Positions 1-11,474 of a stretch of DNA of 62,476 nucleotides are shown here, piece by piece. The notes below the pieces were generated by a model. That model saw only the letters and a list, made by a program, of their open reading frames with translations. It was not told the DNA's origin and ran no database searches. Each line of letters starts with the position of its first letter. Within the stretch, counting starts at the first letter, position 1. A program made the translations under genes and the position numbers. The stretch is taken from assembly GCF_001447785.1 (NCBI RefSeq), contig NW_015159739.1, positions 84,534 through 147,009 of the forward strand. Reading direction: 5' to 3'. The stretch comes from Gekko japonicus (lineage: Eukaryota).

Positions 1-744
1 AAGCATAGTTTTAAATTGTCCTTCACTTTCCTGTCAATTTTTCAAGTTCATTTGTTTCAAAGACGTTCACCCACATCTCCTGCCATTTTTATGTCACCCT
101 TGCTTGAAAAGCTTCTAAAAATAATGCAGTGATTAAAGGGATATATTAATAAGCTGGTTTAAACCCACAAGTATCACAGCAGGCAGTTTGTGTGTGTGTG
201 GGGGGGTTCTAATTATGGGTATGGTGACACTTGGGCTCTGCCTCAAGGTCCTCTCTGAAGTACAAAACAAGAGAAGTCACTGGTCCCTAACCTAGCTGTT
301 AATGAGATGACATTTCCATACTGTCTCGGCTACACAGCAAAACAACCGGCCCTGGTTGTTAAGGTTAATTGTGAAACAGTCACAGCACCAGAGAAGGGAA
401 GAGTTACTGCTCGGCCAGATAGTGTAATAACAGTAATAACCTTCTACGTTACTCAGTGCCTAAGGCCTAGGTGGTTCTTTGAAGAAAATTACAGAAATAA
501 TTAGGATTTTAAAAGATGGGCAGAGCAGTTCACTATGCTAACTAATTAGTGGATTCCTGGTTCTTTTTTTCTTTTTTCTTTTGCATTCATCTGGAGGTTG
601 AGTTTCTCCATTCATCTGGAGGGGAGGGGATTTATGACTCAGACAAGCCTTGGCTATAGTAGCTAGGTATTGTGTGGCCCCATAGATACATTTGGAAAGA
701 ATCTGACAGATTCTTCATAATGAGTGCCCAAAGCAGCTTCTTTT

Positions 745-875
745 AGAGAGCCAGTTTGGTGTAGTGGTTAGCAGTGTGGACTCTAATCCGGGAGAACCAG
801 GTTTGATTGTAAGCCACTCTGAGACGCCTTTGGGTAGTGGAGGGCAGGGTATAAATCCAATCACTTCTTCTTCTC
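745..875 (+). mobile_element. tRNA-derived squamate SINE (Squam3-like), internally deleted
   Basis: GAGAGCCAGTTTGGTGTAGTGGTT head with A/B boxes; (CTT)n tail; related to 10111-10385. Confidence 0.7.
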
Positions 876-1986
876 TTCTATTATTCTCTTTTCCATTTCA
901 TCCACACAACAACCTTGTGAGGTAAAATAGGCTGTTAGTGTGTGATTGACCCAAAATCACCCAGCAAGTTTCCCTGGCCAAGTAGGAATTGGAGCTTGTG
1001 TCTCCCAGATCCTGGTCTGACACTCTAACCACTATACCATGCTGGCTTTCCATGGCATGCTGGTTCCTGAGTCGTGTTCCCAGATTTTATGGTGATTTGC
1101 TTGCAGATATTCCTCTTCTCAAAGCAAAAATTACTTTCATGCCATATCATGTTGTCACATAGAGTCAGAATTTTTAGCTGTAAACCCACAAAAGACTAAG
1201 AGGCCTGCAATTCAGTGTTCTACATGCACATGTGTGCATAGAAACAAGCATGGCATGATGCAGCTTTGTGGACATGTGCAAATGGTACACAGAAGGTCAA
1301 ATGGTACATTTGGTGGGGCTGTGCATGAATGTGTTTCTTTCTGCTCCATTTCATTTTAATATGTATCAATTAACTTGCAGTGATTTTCTTTCTAAGTCTA
1401 TCTTATGCACCTTAAAGAAGGGATAAGGCTTGCAAGGTTTTCTGGTGAACATCACTTTTGTTTCCCCCTCAGATCAGTTTTGCAAGCATAACAGACAGTG
1501 GAGAAATAAATGGACTGCAACAAAAATGAGCAAATAGTCAGCAGACATGTTTCAAAAGAAACAGGGGCACAGATTTTGAGAGTGAGGCTGCACCCCCACA
1601 GGGACCCCCTTCTGACTCTGCTGGATAAAATAATCCAACTTGATATCAACATGGGCCCCTGCACTAGCAGGAATTCCACATGGGAGTAACCTACCTGCTG
1701 GAATGCTCCTAAGAACACACTGATAGAAGACCTTTTGTCTTCAACCTCCAGAAACTCCCTCACACCCGAGCCTGATTGACTCCAGTTTGCTGGTTAATAA
1801 CCTAAGGCTATAGAACTCTCCTTTTCATTTAGTTTGCTCCACTAATTCAGTCTTGAACATATGGAAATATCATCAAGTTGCTGTTCAGCCTTTGTTGAAC
1901 CAATCCAAGCTGGTCCCCCACCCTGGTAATTCAGGGCCAAGCAAGACATGACAGTGCCCTCATGCATCCCTGTGAGGGGGATGCAA

Positions 1987-2241
1987 TTGCCATTTTAAAG
2001 CCTAAAATGGGCAACTGAAAAATGCTGTAAGGGCCTGATTCTGATTCTGCAGCATGGCAGGACAAGTCTCTGTTTCAAGGTGCTGAATCACGGAATCCCC
2101 TCACCCCTTTTCAAGCACCGAAGCAGCCATTTGGTGGCCATTTTGGCACTTGAAAAGGCATGAAGGGGAGAAGAGTGCCTCACCCTGACTTGTAGGCCCT
2201 CTCGGCATTTTTAAATCACCAGTTTTAGGCTTTAAATGGCA
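1987..2241. repeat. Degenerate palindromic MITE-like element
   Basis: TGCCATTTTAAAGCCTAAAA vs TTTTAGGCTTTAAATGGCA inverted arms with further internal symmetry. Confidence 0.55.
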
Positions 2242-3068
2242 GCAATGTCTCTATGTCAGACACGAGGATGTTGTCACATCTAATTTGGTCCTCGGCCATT
2301 CTGCCTGAAACACACACATGTTCCTTCCAGAGTTCAGTGTCCCACAATCTTGATCTAATTCCACTGCAGAATCCCATGCTCATCCTTCCCAAAGTGCTTA
2401 AACCCCTGTTTACATCTCAAGCCCCTCCAGCCTTGTACCCAAGCCTTCTCTGCCAGCTTCACAGTTGGCTTGCTTCCTGGAGGACTTTTGCCCGTTTGTT
2501 TTGCCACACCTTGGATCTCTAGATTCTCAGGACAGAAGTAAATGTGACAGGATCCCCCAGGCTGGAACTGGGGCTGCTATCATCATTTTCAGTACTCAAA
2601 AAGCCATGGGGGGAGGGAACAATAGTGCCTGGTAACAGCTTTTTAAAATCTCCCGTTAGACACAAAAATGGCGGCAGTGGGCCTGGGTCAAACGTGAGGA
2701 TGCTGTTTCCTCTAGTTGTGCCCTCAGTTTGTATCTGTTTGGATTTTTCATTTGCCCTAGAACAGTTTTCCTTCTTTTCTGGCCCACATAAAATCCGATC
2801 AGATTCTTCTCTTTAGGTTCAGGCTACTTATCTTTTCCTTTTCTCCCTTTATTCCCCCTTAGATTCTTCATTCACCCCATTCACCCCAAGGGTAGCATTA
2901 CCAGGACTGTGTTGTTATTATTATTGCTACTTTTTTCATATATTTTCCCCTTGCATTTCATCTTTCTAGCCTTTGCTAGAAGAATAAAGATTGTTTCTTT
3001 TCAGGATTCTCTCTCTCTCTCTCTGTCACATTTTTCCTTCCTAATTGGAGAGCTGGGAGGGAATGCAG

Positions 3069-3245
3069 CATGTTATAATTTGATCTCATCAGATCTTGGA
3101 AGCTAAGCAAGGTCAGTACTTGAATGGGAGTCCGCCAAAGAAGGTTCTACAGAGGAAGTCAATGGGAAACCACCTCTGCTTCTCACTTGCCTTGAAAGCT
3201 CCTTGCTGGGTTTGCCATAAATCGATTGCAACTTGATGGCACTTA
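3069..3245 (+). mobile_element. 5S rRNA-derived SINE with RTE/BovB-like tail
   Basis: GATCTCATCAGATCTTGGAAGCTAAGCAAGGTCAGTACTTGAATGGGAG resembles the 5S internal control region; tail GCCATAAATCGATTGCAACTTGATGGCAC. Confidence 0.65.
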
Positions 3246-3524
3246 ATTGGAGAGCTGAGCCAAATTGGCATTTTGGGTATAAGCAAGACTGTTTGACCTC
3301 AAAACAATTACCCCATTGATATGATCTGACATGTGCATTCATTTGGGTACCAAAGATCAGACATCAATTCTCGACCACCCCAGAAAGAGGTGGATTGAGA
3401 GCTACCATAATTTATACAGAAGACTTTTTACTTCTTTGCATGCATAATTAAAAAGCAAAAGCAAAATGTTGTAGAAGGAATTTGCATTCTTTGCTGTATC
3501 CTGATTTTTATGCCATTGTGTATA

Positions 3525-3855
3525 TTACTTTACACAGTGAATGATTAAAATGTGGAATTCACTGCCAGAGAATGTAGTCATGGCCACAGGAATAAACAGC
3601 TTTAAAAGGTGATTAGACATATTCATGGAGGATAGGTCTATCAGTGGCTACTAGCCATGGTGACTGAGGGGAGCCTTCACATTCAGAGGTACTAAGCCTC
3701 TGGATCCCAGAGCCAGGAGGCAACATCGGGGAAAGGCCTCGGCATCTGTGCCCTGTTGTTGGCTGTCCAGAGGAACTAGTTGGCCAATGTGTGAGACAGG
3801 TTGCTGGACTAGATGGACCATTGGTCTGATCCAGCAGGGCTCTTCTTAAGTTCAC
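3525..3855 (+). mobile_element. CR1 LINE 3' end
   Basis: WNSLPENVVMA...FKR.LDIFM ORF2 end, CTGGACTAGATGGACCATTGGTCTGATCCAG hairpin and TTCTTAAGTTC tail. Confidence 0.8.
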
Positions 3856-3891
3856 ATTGTCACATATTCTGGCAATTGATTAATTAATTAA

Positions 3892-4268
3892 TGTCAACCA
3901 AAGCATCTGTCTGGAGCTTGGTTGCCATGGAGAGGTGGGGGGGGGGTGAACTGGAATGTATACTTTTGTTTCTGGCCATTATCTGTCTGGTGTCTGGTAT
4001 AGCCATGTAACCTTGAGGCCTGCACTGTCTTTAGTATCCCTTTTCCCCTGGGAATCTTAGAGCATTAGTTTGGTGGGCTTTTAGCTTAGAAATGATTGGC
4101 CAAGAGCCACTGATGTCTATTTGATCATGCTGTAATCGCTGGCTTCACACGCTGAACCTCAGTCCTAACAAAGTATGTTATGAATCTGGATCCTATCAAT
4201 GTCTCAATAAACTTTACTTCTTTTTGAATGACTGTTATTGGGAACTGATTTCTCCAGGGGCTCTGACA
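3892..4268 (+). repeat. 5' LTR of the sushi-like element
   Basis: Direct repeat of 7912-8796 once the L1 insert is removed, roughly 95% identical by eye; TG...CA ends; AATAAA at 4206. Confidence 0.93.
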
Positions 4269-4270
4269 GA

Positions 4271-4281
4271 TTGTTAGGACT
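4271..4281 (+). promoter_or_regulatory. Self-priming primer-binding site (TTGTTAGGACT)
   Basis: Exact reverse complement of LTR bases 4161-4171 (AGTCCTAACAA); no TGG-initiated tRNA-type PBS follows the LTR. Confidence 0.8.
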
Positions 4282-5320
4282 ACCAAAGTTCCCGTACCTC
4301 ACACCCGGCAATGGCTGGAAAGAAAAATGGGGATGTCCCGATAACCACCAGTGATGACACAGAACCGAAGACTATGGCCACCCCCTTGACAACTGGGGAG
4401 CCCAAAGAACTTGGGATGAGACCTAGGGACTCATGGGCTCACATAGCCACATGGACTGAAGAGAGCTGGGCACTGGTGCCAGATCCCAGGGGGGTCATGT
4501 ATGAGGTGCTACAGGAGCACCTATGGGAGCAGCTACGGTGGGCCCTTCCGCGACAACCCGAACTACTTCCCCGTGGTGGAAGAAGTGGGCCTCAGGTAAG
4601 TGTGGAAGGAATTTTGAGGGGAGATGGAGGAGATGAGGCGAGAATTCCATGACATGATGCTGAAGTTACCCCGACTCATCGCCACAACCGTCAAACACGA
4701 GTTGTGGGGATGGGCCCCAGACAGAGGGGGTTGCCCTGACTGTGGACAGCAGCAGCAGGCACCCCCTGCCCAGGTGCCCCCCACGCAGGTACCTCCAGTG
4801 TAAGTGCCTTCCAGACAGGTCCCGCCAGGGCAAGTACTGCTGAGAGCAGGGCCTCCAGCAGTCCTCCCTCCCAGCCCACCAGCACCCATTGCCCTGCTGC
4901 CAGGACATGAGTTGTCCTGAGAGCTGCTGGATGCCACTTTCGACAGCAACCTGGAAAAGTTGGCTTTCTTCCTGTTGCAGGTGCACAAGTTCCTACAGGA
5001 TTGGGGACCTACCCTCACATATGACGACCACCGAGTGGATTACATTGGCTTGCGCTTGAGAGAGACAGCGGCCAACTGGTTCATGGGCCTCCACAATGTC
5101 TGAGGCCCTGAGTTCCACAGCGTGCATGCATTTTTCTGGGCTCTCCAGAGGCAGTATGAAGACCCCCTGGAGCTGGAGAAAGCCAGAACCAACCTGCAGG
5201 CGCTAAATCAGGGAACCGGTTGGTGCATGAGTTCTCTGATGAGTTCAATATGTACGCAACTAAGGTGCAGGGAAGGCCCAAAGAAATCCTCATCAAACAC
5301 TACCAGCTAGGCTTGAAATT

Positions 5321-5578
5321 AGGTGGAAATTACAAGGGAGTCATTACTGGCTAAATATCAGGAGAAACTTCCTAACTGTAAGAATGGTTGAGCAGTGGAA
5401 CAGACTGCCTCAGGAGGTGGTGGATGCTCCTTCGCTGGACGTTTTCAAGCAGAGGCTGGATGACCATCTTTTGGGTATGTTGTAGGGCTATCTTTCAGCT
5501 ATGCTCCTGCAGAGTGCAGGGGGTTGGACTAGATGACCTGTAAGGTCCCTTCCATCTCTAACATTCTATGATTCTATG
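5321..5578 (+). mobile_element. CR1 LINE 3' end inserted in gag
   Basis: CR1 ORF2 end (QWNRLPQEVVDAPSLDVFKQRLD), GGGTTGGACTAGATGACC hairpin and (ATTCTATG)2 tail. Confidence 0.9.
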
Positions 5579-7911
5579 CTATCTTGAAGAAAGTGCTGAC
5601 CCAGGGAAATCCCCTGACCCTCAGTGGATCCAGGATGCCTATGAAGCTGAAAACTGAGCTGCCCTAATCCAGATGTACTGGCCAAAGGTAACCCTGAGAA
5701 CCCCGGGGGGGGGGAGCAAAGGGGCCACGCACGAAATCCGAGACCGATGGATGAAACAGGGGCTGTGCCTGAGATGAGGAGAGCTGGGCCACTACGTCGC
5801 GAGCTGCCCCACCAACCTCACCCAGTGGGAAGGGAAAGGAAGGGAATGACGCAGCTCCAAGGGGCCACCAAAAATGAAAGGGGTGCGCCCCAAGCAACCA
5901 AAAGCTCTCCAACTCAACATGGGGGGTAATAAACCCCATAGCCTGATTCTCCATGGTCCTGGGAAACCCATGGCTGTGAGACCATGACCCTTATGTTCAG
6001 TGGAGCACAGGCATGCTTCACTTCCTGGACCCCAAATGCATTGACCATGAGTGGCGGGTGGCTCTGCTGGGGCATCCAGAGCAAGCTTGCTTAGCCAAGA
6101 AGAGCTCAAATCCATACAAGAAGAGTATAGAGATCTGGTTCAGGTATTGAGGAAGAAGAAGATGTAAAACTGTAAAACAGACTGTGCTATAGAGCTTTTG
6201 CTGGGTCATAGTATGCTTAAGGGGAAATTGTATGTCATGAGCCCAGTAGAGGAGGACGAGCTACGTAAATTCATTGACAAAAACCTAGTTCTAAGATTGG
6301 TAGAGTTTTTCTCCAAGTTTCATTTCACTCTTCGGCACCTCCCTAGGAAGTCCAACTTCTTGGCTGACACCCTGTCCCGCCTACCTCAACACGCCAGCCA
6401 AAAGGAGGAGGTGATGGACTCCATGTTCACGGGGGGGGGTAGTTACACATGCGCCAAACGAGCCCCGCAGGCTGATGGCGAACCCTGGGTCTGCAAGTTT
6501 AAAACTGCTCTCTCAGACACAGACTGGGAGGAAATTAGCAAAGAGCCCTCGCTTCAGCAAAAGGAAAACGGGTGCTGGTATAGGGAGGGGCAGCTGTTTG
6601 TTCCCCAAGCCTTGTGTGGGGAGATACTTCAATTTGGGCATGAATTGAAACTCGCTGGACATTATGGTTACCTGAAAACTCTGCATTTGATTCAAAGACA
6701 ATTTTGGTGGCCCCACATGAGGGCCAATATTTTTCAGTATGTGGGTGCTTGCCAGACCTGTTTAATGGGGAAAAGGAGGCAAGAAAAAACCCCAGGAACC
6801 CTGAGACCCTTGGAGACCCCCAACCGGCCCTGGGAGGTCATCTCCATGGACTTTATCACCGATCTGCCCTCCAGCAAGGGGGAAATGATGATCTGAGTGG
6901 TGGTTGACACATTTTCTAAACAGGCTCATTTCATCCCATGCAAGCAGGTCCCCACTGCTAAAGCACTTGCCAAGCTATTAATGCACCATGTGGTCCAATT
7001 GCACTCACTGCCATGAAAGATAATATCTGACCATGGGGTCCAATTTGTGGCCAAGTTTTGGAGAGAACTTTTGCAGCTGTTGGGCATTGAATGGGGGCTT
7101 AGCAGCGCCTACTACCATGAGACCAATGGTCAAACTGAAAGAGTGAACCAGGTGGTTTAACAATTTCTCAGATGTTTTACAAACTACCAGCAGGATGATT
7201 GGGCAGAGCTGTTGCCTTACTCAGAGTATAGTTACAATAATTCTGTGCACAGCTCAACCAGACTTTCCCCCTTTAAGGCAGTTTATGGCTATGAAGGGGC
7301 TCCCCTCCCCATGGTGACTTCAACTGCCCCGGGCCAGGGAGATTTGAGCACCTGGTGGAAAGGACTGAAAGAACATTGGGGCCACATTCAAAAGACATTA
7401 GTCAAAGCCAAAGAGGATTACAAAATCCAAGTGGACAAGGGGCGAGCCCCTGAATGGAACTTACAACCAGGGGATTCTGTTTATTTGTCTACCAAGCGCC
7501 TGCAAGGGTTTCAACCAGGGAGGAAGTTGGGGTAGAAATATGTGGGACCTTTCAAAGTCACTTGGGTTATTAATGAGGTGGCTGTTGAACTGGACTTGCC
7601 TAAGTCGCTTAAGCATGTGCACCCTGTGTTTCATTTCAGCTTATTGAAGCTGGGTCTGAACAAGTGGAGACTATGACCAGCAGCCCCTCCACCTCTGATG
7701 TTGAATGGTGAACCCCATTAGGAGGTCAAAGAAATCTTGGACTCCAAGTTGAAACATGGTCACTTATATTATCTGATTAAGTGGAAAGCATTCGATCCCT
7801 CCCATTATGAATGGGTGTACAGCGAGCACGTTAATGCTCGCAGACTTATGTGTGCCTTCCATAGTGCTTACCCATCAAAACCGGTGGGGTAGGGCATTCA
7901 GAGTGGCAGAA

Positions 7912-8796
7912 TGTCAACCAAAGCATCTGTCTGGAGCTTGGTTGCCATGGAGAGGTGGGAGGGATGAACTGGAATGTATACTTTTGTTTCTGGCCATTAT
8001 CTGTCTGGTGTCTGGTATAGCCATGTAACCTTGAAGCCTGCACTGTCTTTAGTATCCCTTTTCCCCTGGGAATCTTAGAGCATTAGTTTGGTGGGTTTTC
8101 AGCTTAGAAATGATTGGCCAAGAGCCACTGATGTCTATTTGATTGTGCTATAATTGCTGACTTCCCGTGCTGAACCTCAGTCCTAACAAAGTATGTTATG
8201 AATCTGGATCCTATCAATGTCTCAATAAATTTTACTTCTTTTTTTTTTTGGTAAACAAATTTTATTTTTCTTAGGAATTCAACATATAGAAATAAACCAT
8301 TTCATCCTTTCCATTGTCTACCCCATTCCCATTTCCTCCCCTCCCTCCAGTGGCTTCCCGCAATGCTTCCCCCCCTACTCCACATTACTTTACATCATCA
8401 GTTATATCATTTTCTTATGATTACAATCTTAAGATAACATCATTTGGCTTAATATTGCTCTAAACATATTAAATTTTGTTTCACATCCCAGTTCTTTTCC
8501 AGATATATTTTAAAGTCACTCCATTCTTCAAAAACCACCTCTTCTTCTTGTTATTCAACTTTTTCGTAATTTTATCCATTTCTGCCATGAACAGAACTTT
8601 TTGTATCCAGTCTTCAATTTCTGGTACTTTCTCTGTTTTCCAAAATTGAGCATAAATCATTCTCGCAGTTGTAATTAAGTACCAGAATAAGGTCTTTTTA
8701 GTCGTATTGATTTCTTCCATTTTTAATCCCAAAAATAAATTTTACTTCTTTTTGAATGACTGTTATTGGGAACTGATTTCTCCAGGGACTTTGACA
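7912..8796 (+). repeat. 3' LTR of the sushi-like element, interrupted by an L1 fragment
   Basis: Matches the 5' LTR on both sides of the 8244-8733 insertion. Confidence 0.92.
8244..8733 (-). mobile_element. 5'-truncated L1-clade LINE 3' end
   Basis: Poly(T) on + strand at ~8239-8249; ~20-bp TSD AATAAATTTTACTTCTTTTT (8224-8243, 8734-8753); ORF 8481-8732 resembles L1/Tx1 ORF2 C-terminus (ARMIYAQFWK...VP.IEDW). Confidence 0.85.
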
Positions 8797-10110
8797 ATTA
8801 ATTGATTTCAGGTTTGGGGATGTGAAAAAACCTGGGATTTGGCATACTTGGAAACAAATATCTGAAAACTGAATGGAACAGTGAGTAGCACTTTGAACTA
8901 CCCCCCCCCCCATTTAGTAATAGAACCAAAGTACTTTGAGGAAGGAACCAACTTTCAAAAATACTCTCAAGAATAGTTGTGATGAGTAAACACACCTTGG
9001 AAGGAGGATGAGATGCCAGCTGTCCACATGATTTTGGTGTTTTTGCTCTCCCTTGTATTTCATGTTTAACCATAGTTTTAGTGGTCAGACCCCTCCTTCT
9101 GCTGAAGGACAGTTTATGGGTTAAAAGAGCCAGAAACATCCTTCTTAATATCACACCAGTACTCTAAGTGTAAGGCACCTCTTAGGCCAAAATGGACCAA
9201 GATGGATGTCAGCCAGGTATCAGCTTGAAAAATCAGTTTCAAGGCATGAGTCAGAGAAGTTGGCTGACTACTACCCCCTCCTTGCCCTGGAGAGATACAT
9301 GACTTTAGAACAAGGAGTCACCCAGGCCCTATTGATTCACCCAGAATAATCCCATCAACGCCCCAACCTAACTTCCCTTTCACCCATTACCCTTGATTAA
9401 GTGGTGATTAAGCAATGCTTAACTCTGTTCACCTTCCCAATTACTCTTCTCGTTCAATGCTTGCAGAGCCATCAAGAGTCTCATACCTCTTTGTCCACTC
9501 CAATAAGACCATTATTGTTTTCTGGCAAGCATGTCAACCCTCCTCAGGGTACGTTTTGCCCTATAACTATGGCACCCTGCTACCCAACAGTGTGTGTGTG
9601 TGCTTGGATCCTCTGGACGCCCCCACTTGCATGTGGGCCTTCTCTCTCTCGCTTACAGAAATGCTGGTTGTTTCCTTCCTCAATTTACCGCTTCTGTGGA
9701 CCTCTTCAGGATCAGTAAATATCATCCTTCCCCTGAACAGCTTTCCCCCTTCCTCCTTGCTTTTCTTAGTTAGCTTTTGTATGCATTTATTGTGTGTGTG
9801 TGTGTGTGTGTACCCTTGTTTTTCTTATTTTTATTTTATAATAAAAACCCTACTGGATGAACATCTGCCTGGTCATTTCCAAGAGTTCTCATAGGGACAA
9901 ATCCCAGTATACATTGGTGAAGATCCCAGTTACCCACCTCTTCCTCTGTCTCCAAGCTAATTCTCCTCAAATTAAGAGGAAACTGCCTACTATGGGGAAC
10001 AATAGTGCTAGCCAATGAGCAATTCAATTGTGGCAAAGTTAATTGTTTTTAAATTCTAACAATGAAAGAATGAATGAGCAAGAGTCTGAATATGAATAAG
10101 TTATTATAAA

Positions 10111-10385
10111 GAGAGCCAATTTGGTGTAGTGGTTAAGTGTGCGGACTCTAATCTGGGAGATCCAGGTTTGATTCCCCACTCCTCCACCTGCAGCTGCTGG
10201 ATGACCTTAGGCAAGCCATAGTTCTGTCAGAGCTGTTCTTAAAAGAGCAGTTCTCTCAGAGCCCTCTCAGCCCCACCTACCGCACAGGGTGCCTGTTGTG
10301 GGGACAGGAAGGGAAAGGAGATTGTAAACTGCTCTGAGACTCCTTCGGGTAGTGAAGGGTATAAATCACTCTCTTCTCTCTTCTT
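10111..10385 (+). mobile_element. tRNA-derived squamate SINE (Squam3-like)
   Basis: A box TGGTGTAGTGG, B-box-like GGTTTGATTCC, body shared with 31535-31930, CT-rich tail. Confidence 0.8.
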
Positions 10386-11474
10386 ATTGGATGGCTGTCT
10401 GGGCTCTGCCCCTGAGAACTTGGACAGGGCATTAGGAGCTATGACTGGGTGGTTACAGCAGAGTCGGTTGAAATGTAATCCCAAGAAGATGGAGGTCCTG
10501 TACTTGAGATGGGGGGGTGGGTTGGATTGGGGATCAGACTCCATGTCCTTGACGGCAGACCATTAGTGCTGGTTCAGAGCATGAGGAGTTTAGGGGTGAT
10601 CCTGGATGCCTCAATTTCAATGGAGGTCCAGGTCACTGCTGTTGCCCGGTCTGCCTTTTACCATCTTCGGCAGATCAGGCAGCTCGTTCCTTATCTCTTC
10701 CCCTGGAACTTGGCGACAGTGAACCATGCAACAGTCACTTCCAGACTTGACTACTGTAACTCATTCTACGTGGGCTTATCCTTGAGGCTAATCCAGAAAC
10801 TTCAACTAGTGCAAAATGCAGCGGCCCATTTGCTGACTGGATCACTTGTGCGGGCGCACATTCAGCTGGTGCTATGCAGATTTCACTGGCTTCCGATTGA
10901 GTACTGGATTCATTTCAAGGTGTTGGTACTGACTTTCAAAGCCCTGTGTGGCCAGAGACCGACATATCTGAAGGATCACCTTTCCCCATATGTGTCCCGG
11001 AGAGCCTTGCGCTCAGCAGATCAGTATCTACTGGTTGTCCCCAGCCCAAAGAACGTCTGTTTAGCCTCGACCAGGGCCGGAGCCTTTTCTGCCCTGGCCC
11101 CTACCTGGTGGAACATGCTTCCATTGGAGATCAGGGCCCTGCGGGACCTATTACAATTCTGCAGGGCCTGTAAAATGGAGCTGTTCTGTCAGGCCTTTGG
11201 GTGAGGTGGTGGGCATCCAATTATTCCATCTATTGGCATCCCCTTCTGAAACCTTCCATCTTCAAAAGGCCCATCAGGTTAAGACCCATAGTTTGGTCTA
11301 TGGCCTGGTAGCTCCAGTTTTTGTGGCTACCATATTAAACCACTGTTGCCATTTGTTTTGTTTATTGCTCAGTTTAAATATGTTCTAATTATTTATTATG
11401 GAGTGTTTTAATTCTTACTGTGAAAATTTTTAACCTTTGTGGGGAGGGTGGAATACAAGCCGAAACAAACAAAT
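10386..11474 (+). mobile_element. L2-clade LINE 3' fragment (RT C-terminal region and 3' UTR)
   Basis: ORF 10509-11204 with L2 motifs (SLGVILDA, TSRLDYCNS, LQLVQNAAA, HWLPI, AFSALAPTWWN). Confidence 0.9.

Larger units (their letters stand above)
3892..8796 (+). mobile_element. Ty3/Gypsy chromovirus (Tf1/sushi-like) LTR retrotransposon, defective: RT and RNase H deleted
   Basis: LTRs 3892-4268 and 7912-8796 (TGTCAA...TGACA), 5-bp TSD ATTAA (3887-3891, 8797-8801). Degenerate gag with CCHC knuckle ~5764-5810, protease C-terminal remnant ~5953-6020, integrase HHCC and D,D,E motifs ~6640-7150, GPF motif ~7545, chromodomain ~7720-7880; many stops and frameshifts. Confidence 0.93.

Noticed and set aside
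5961-5967. GGGAAAC, identical to the PEG10 -1 frameshift heptamer, in a sushi-like element
   Set aside because: It lies inside the protease C-terminal motif VLGNPWL, downstream of where a gag-pol frameshift would occur; likely coincidental.
10111-11474. SINE-L2 chimeric retrotranscript
   Set aside because: The two are adjacent and co-oriented, but no TSD encloses both; independent insertion explains it equally well.
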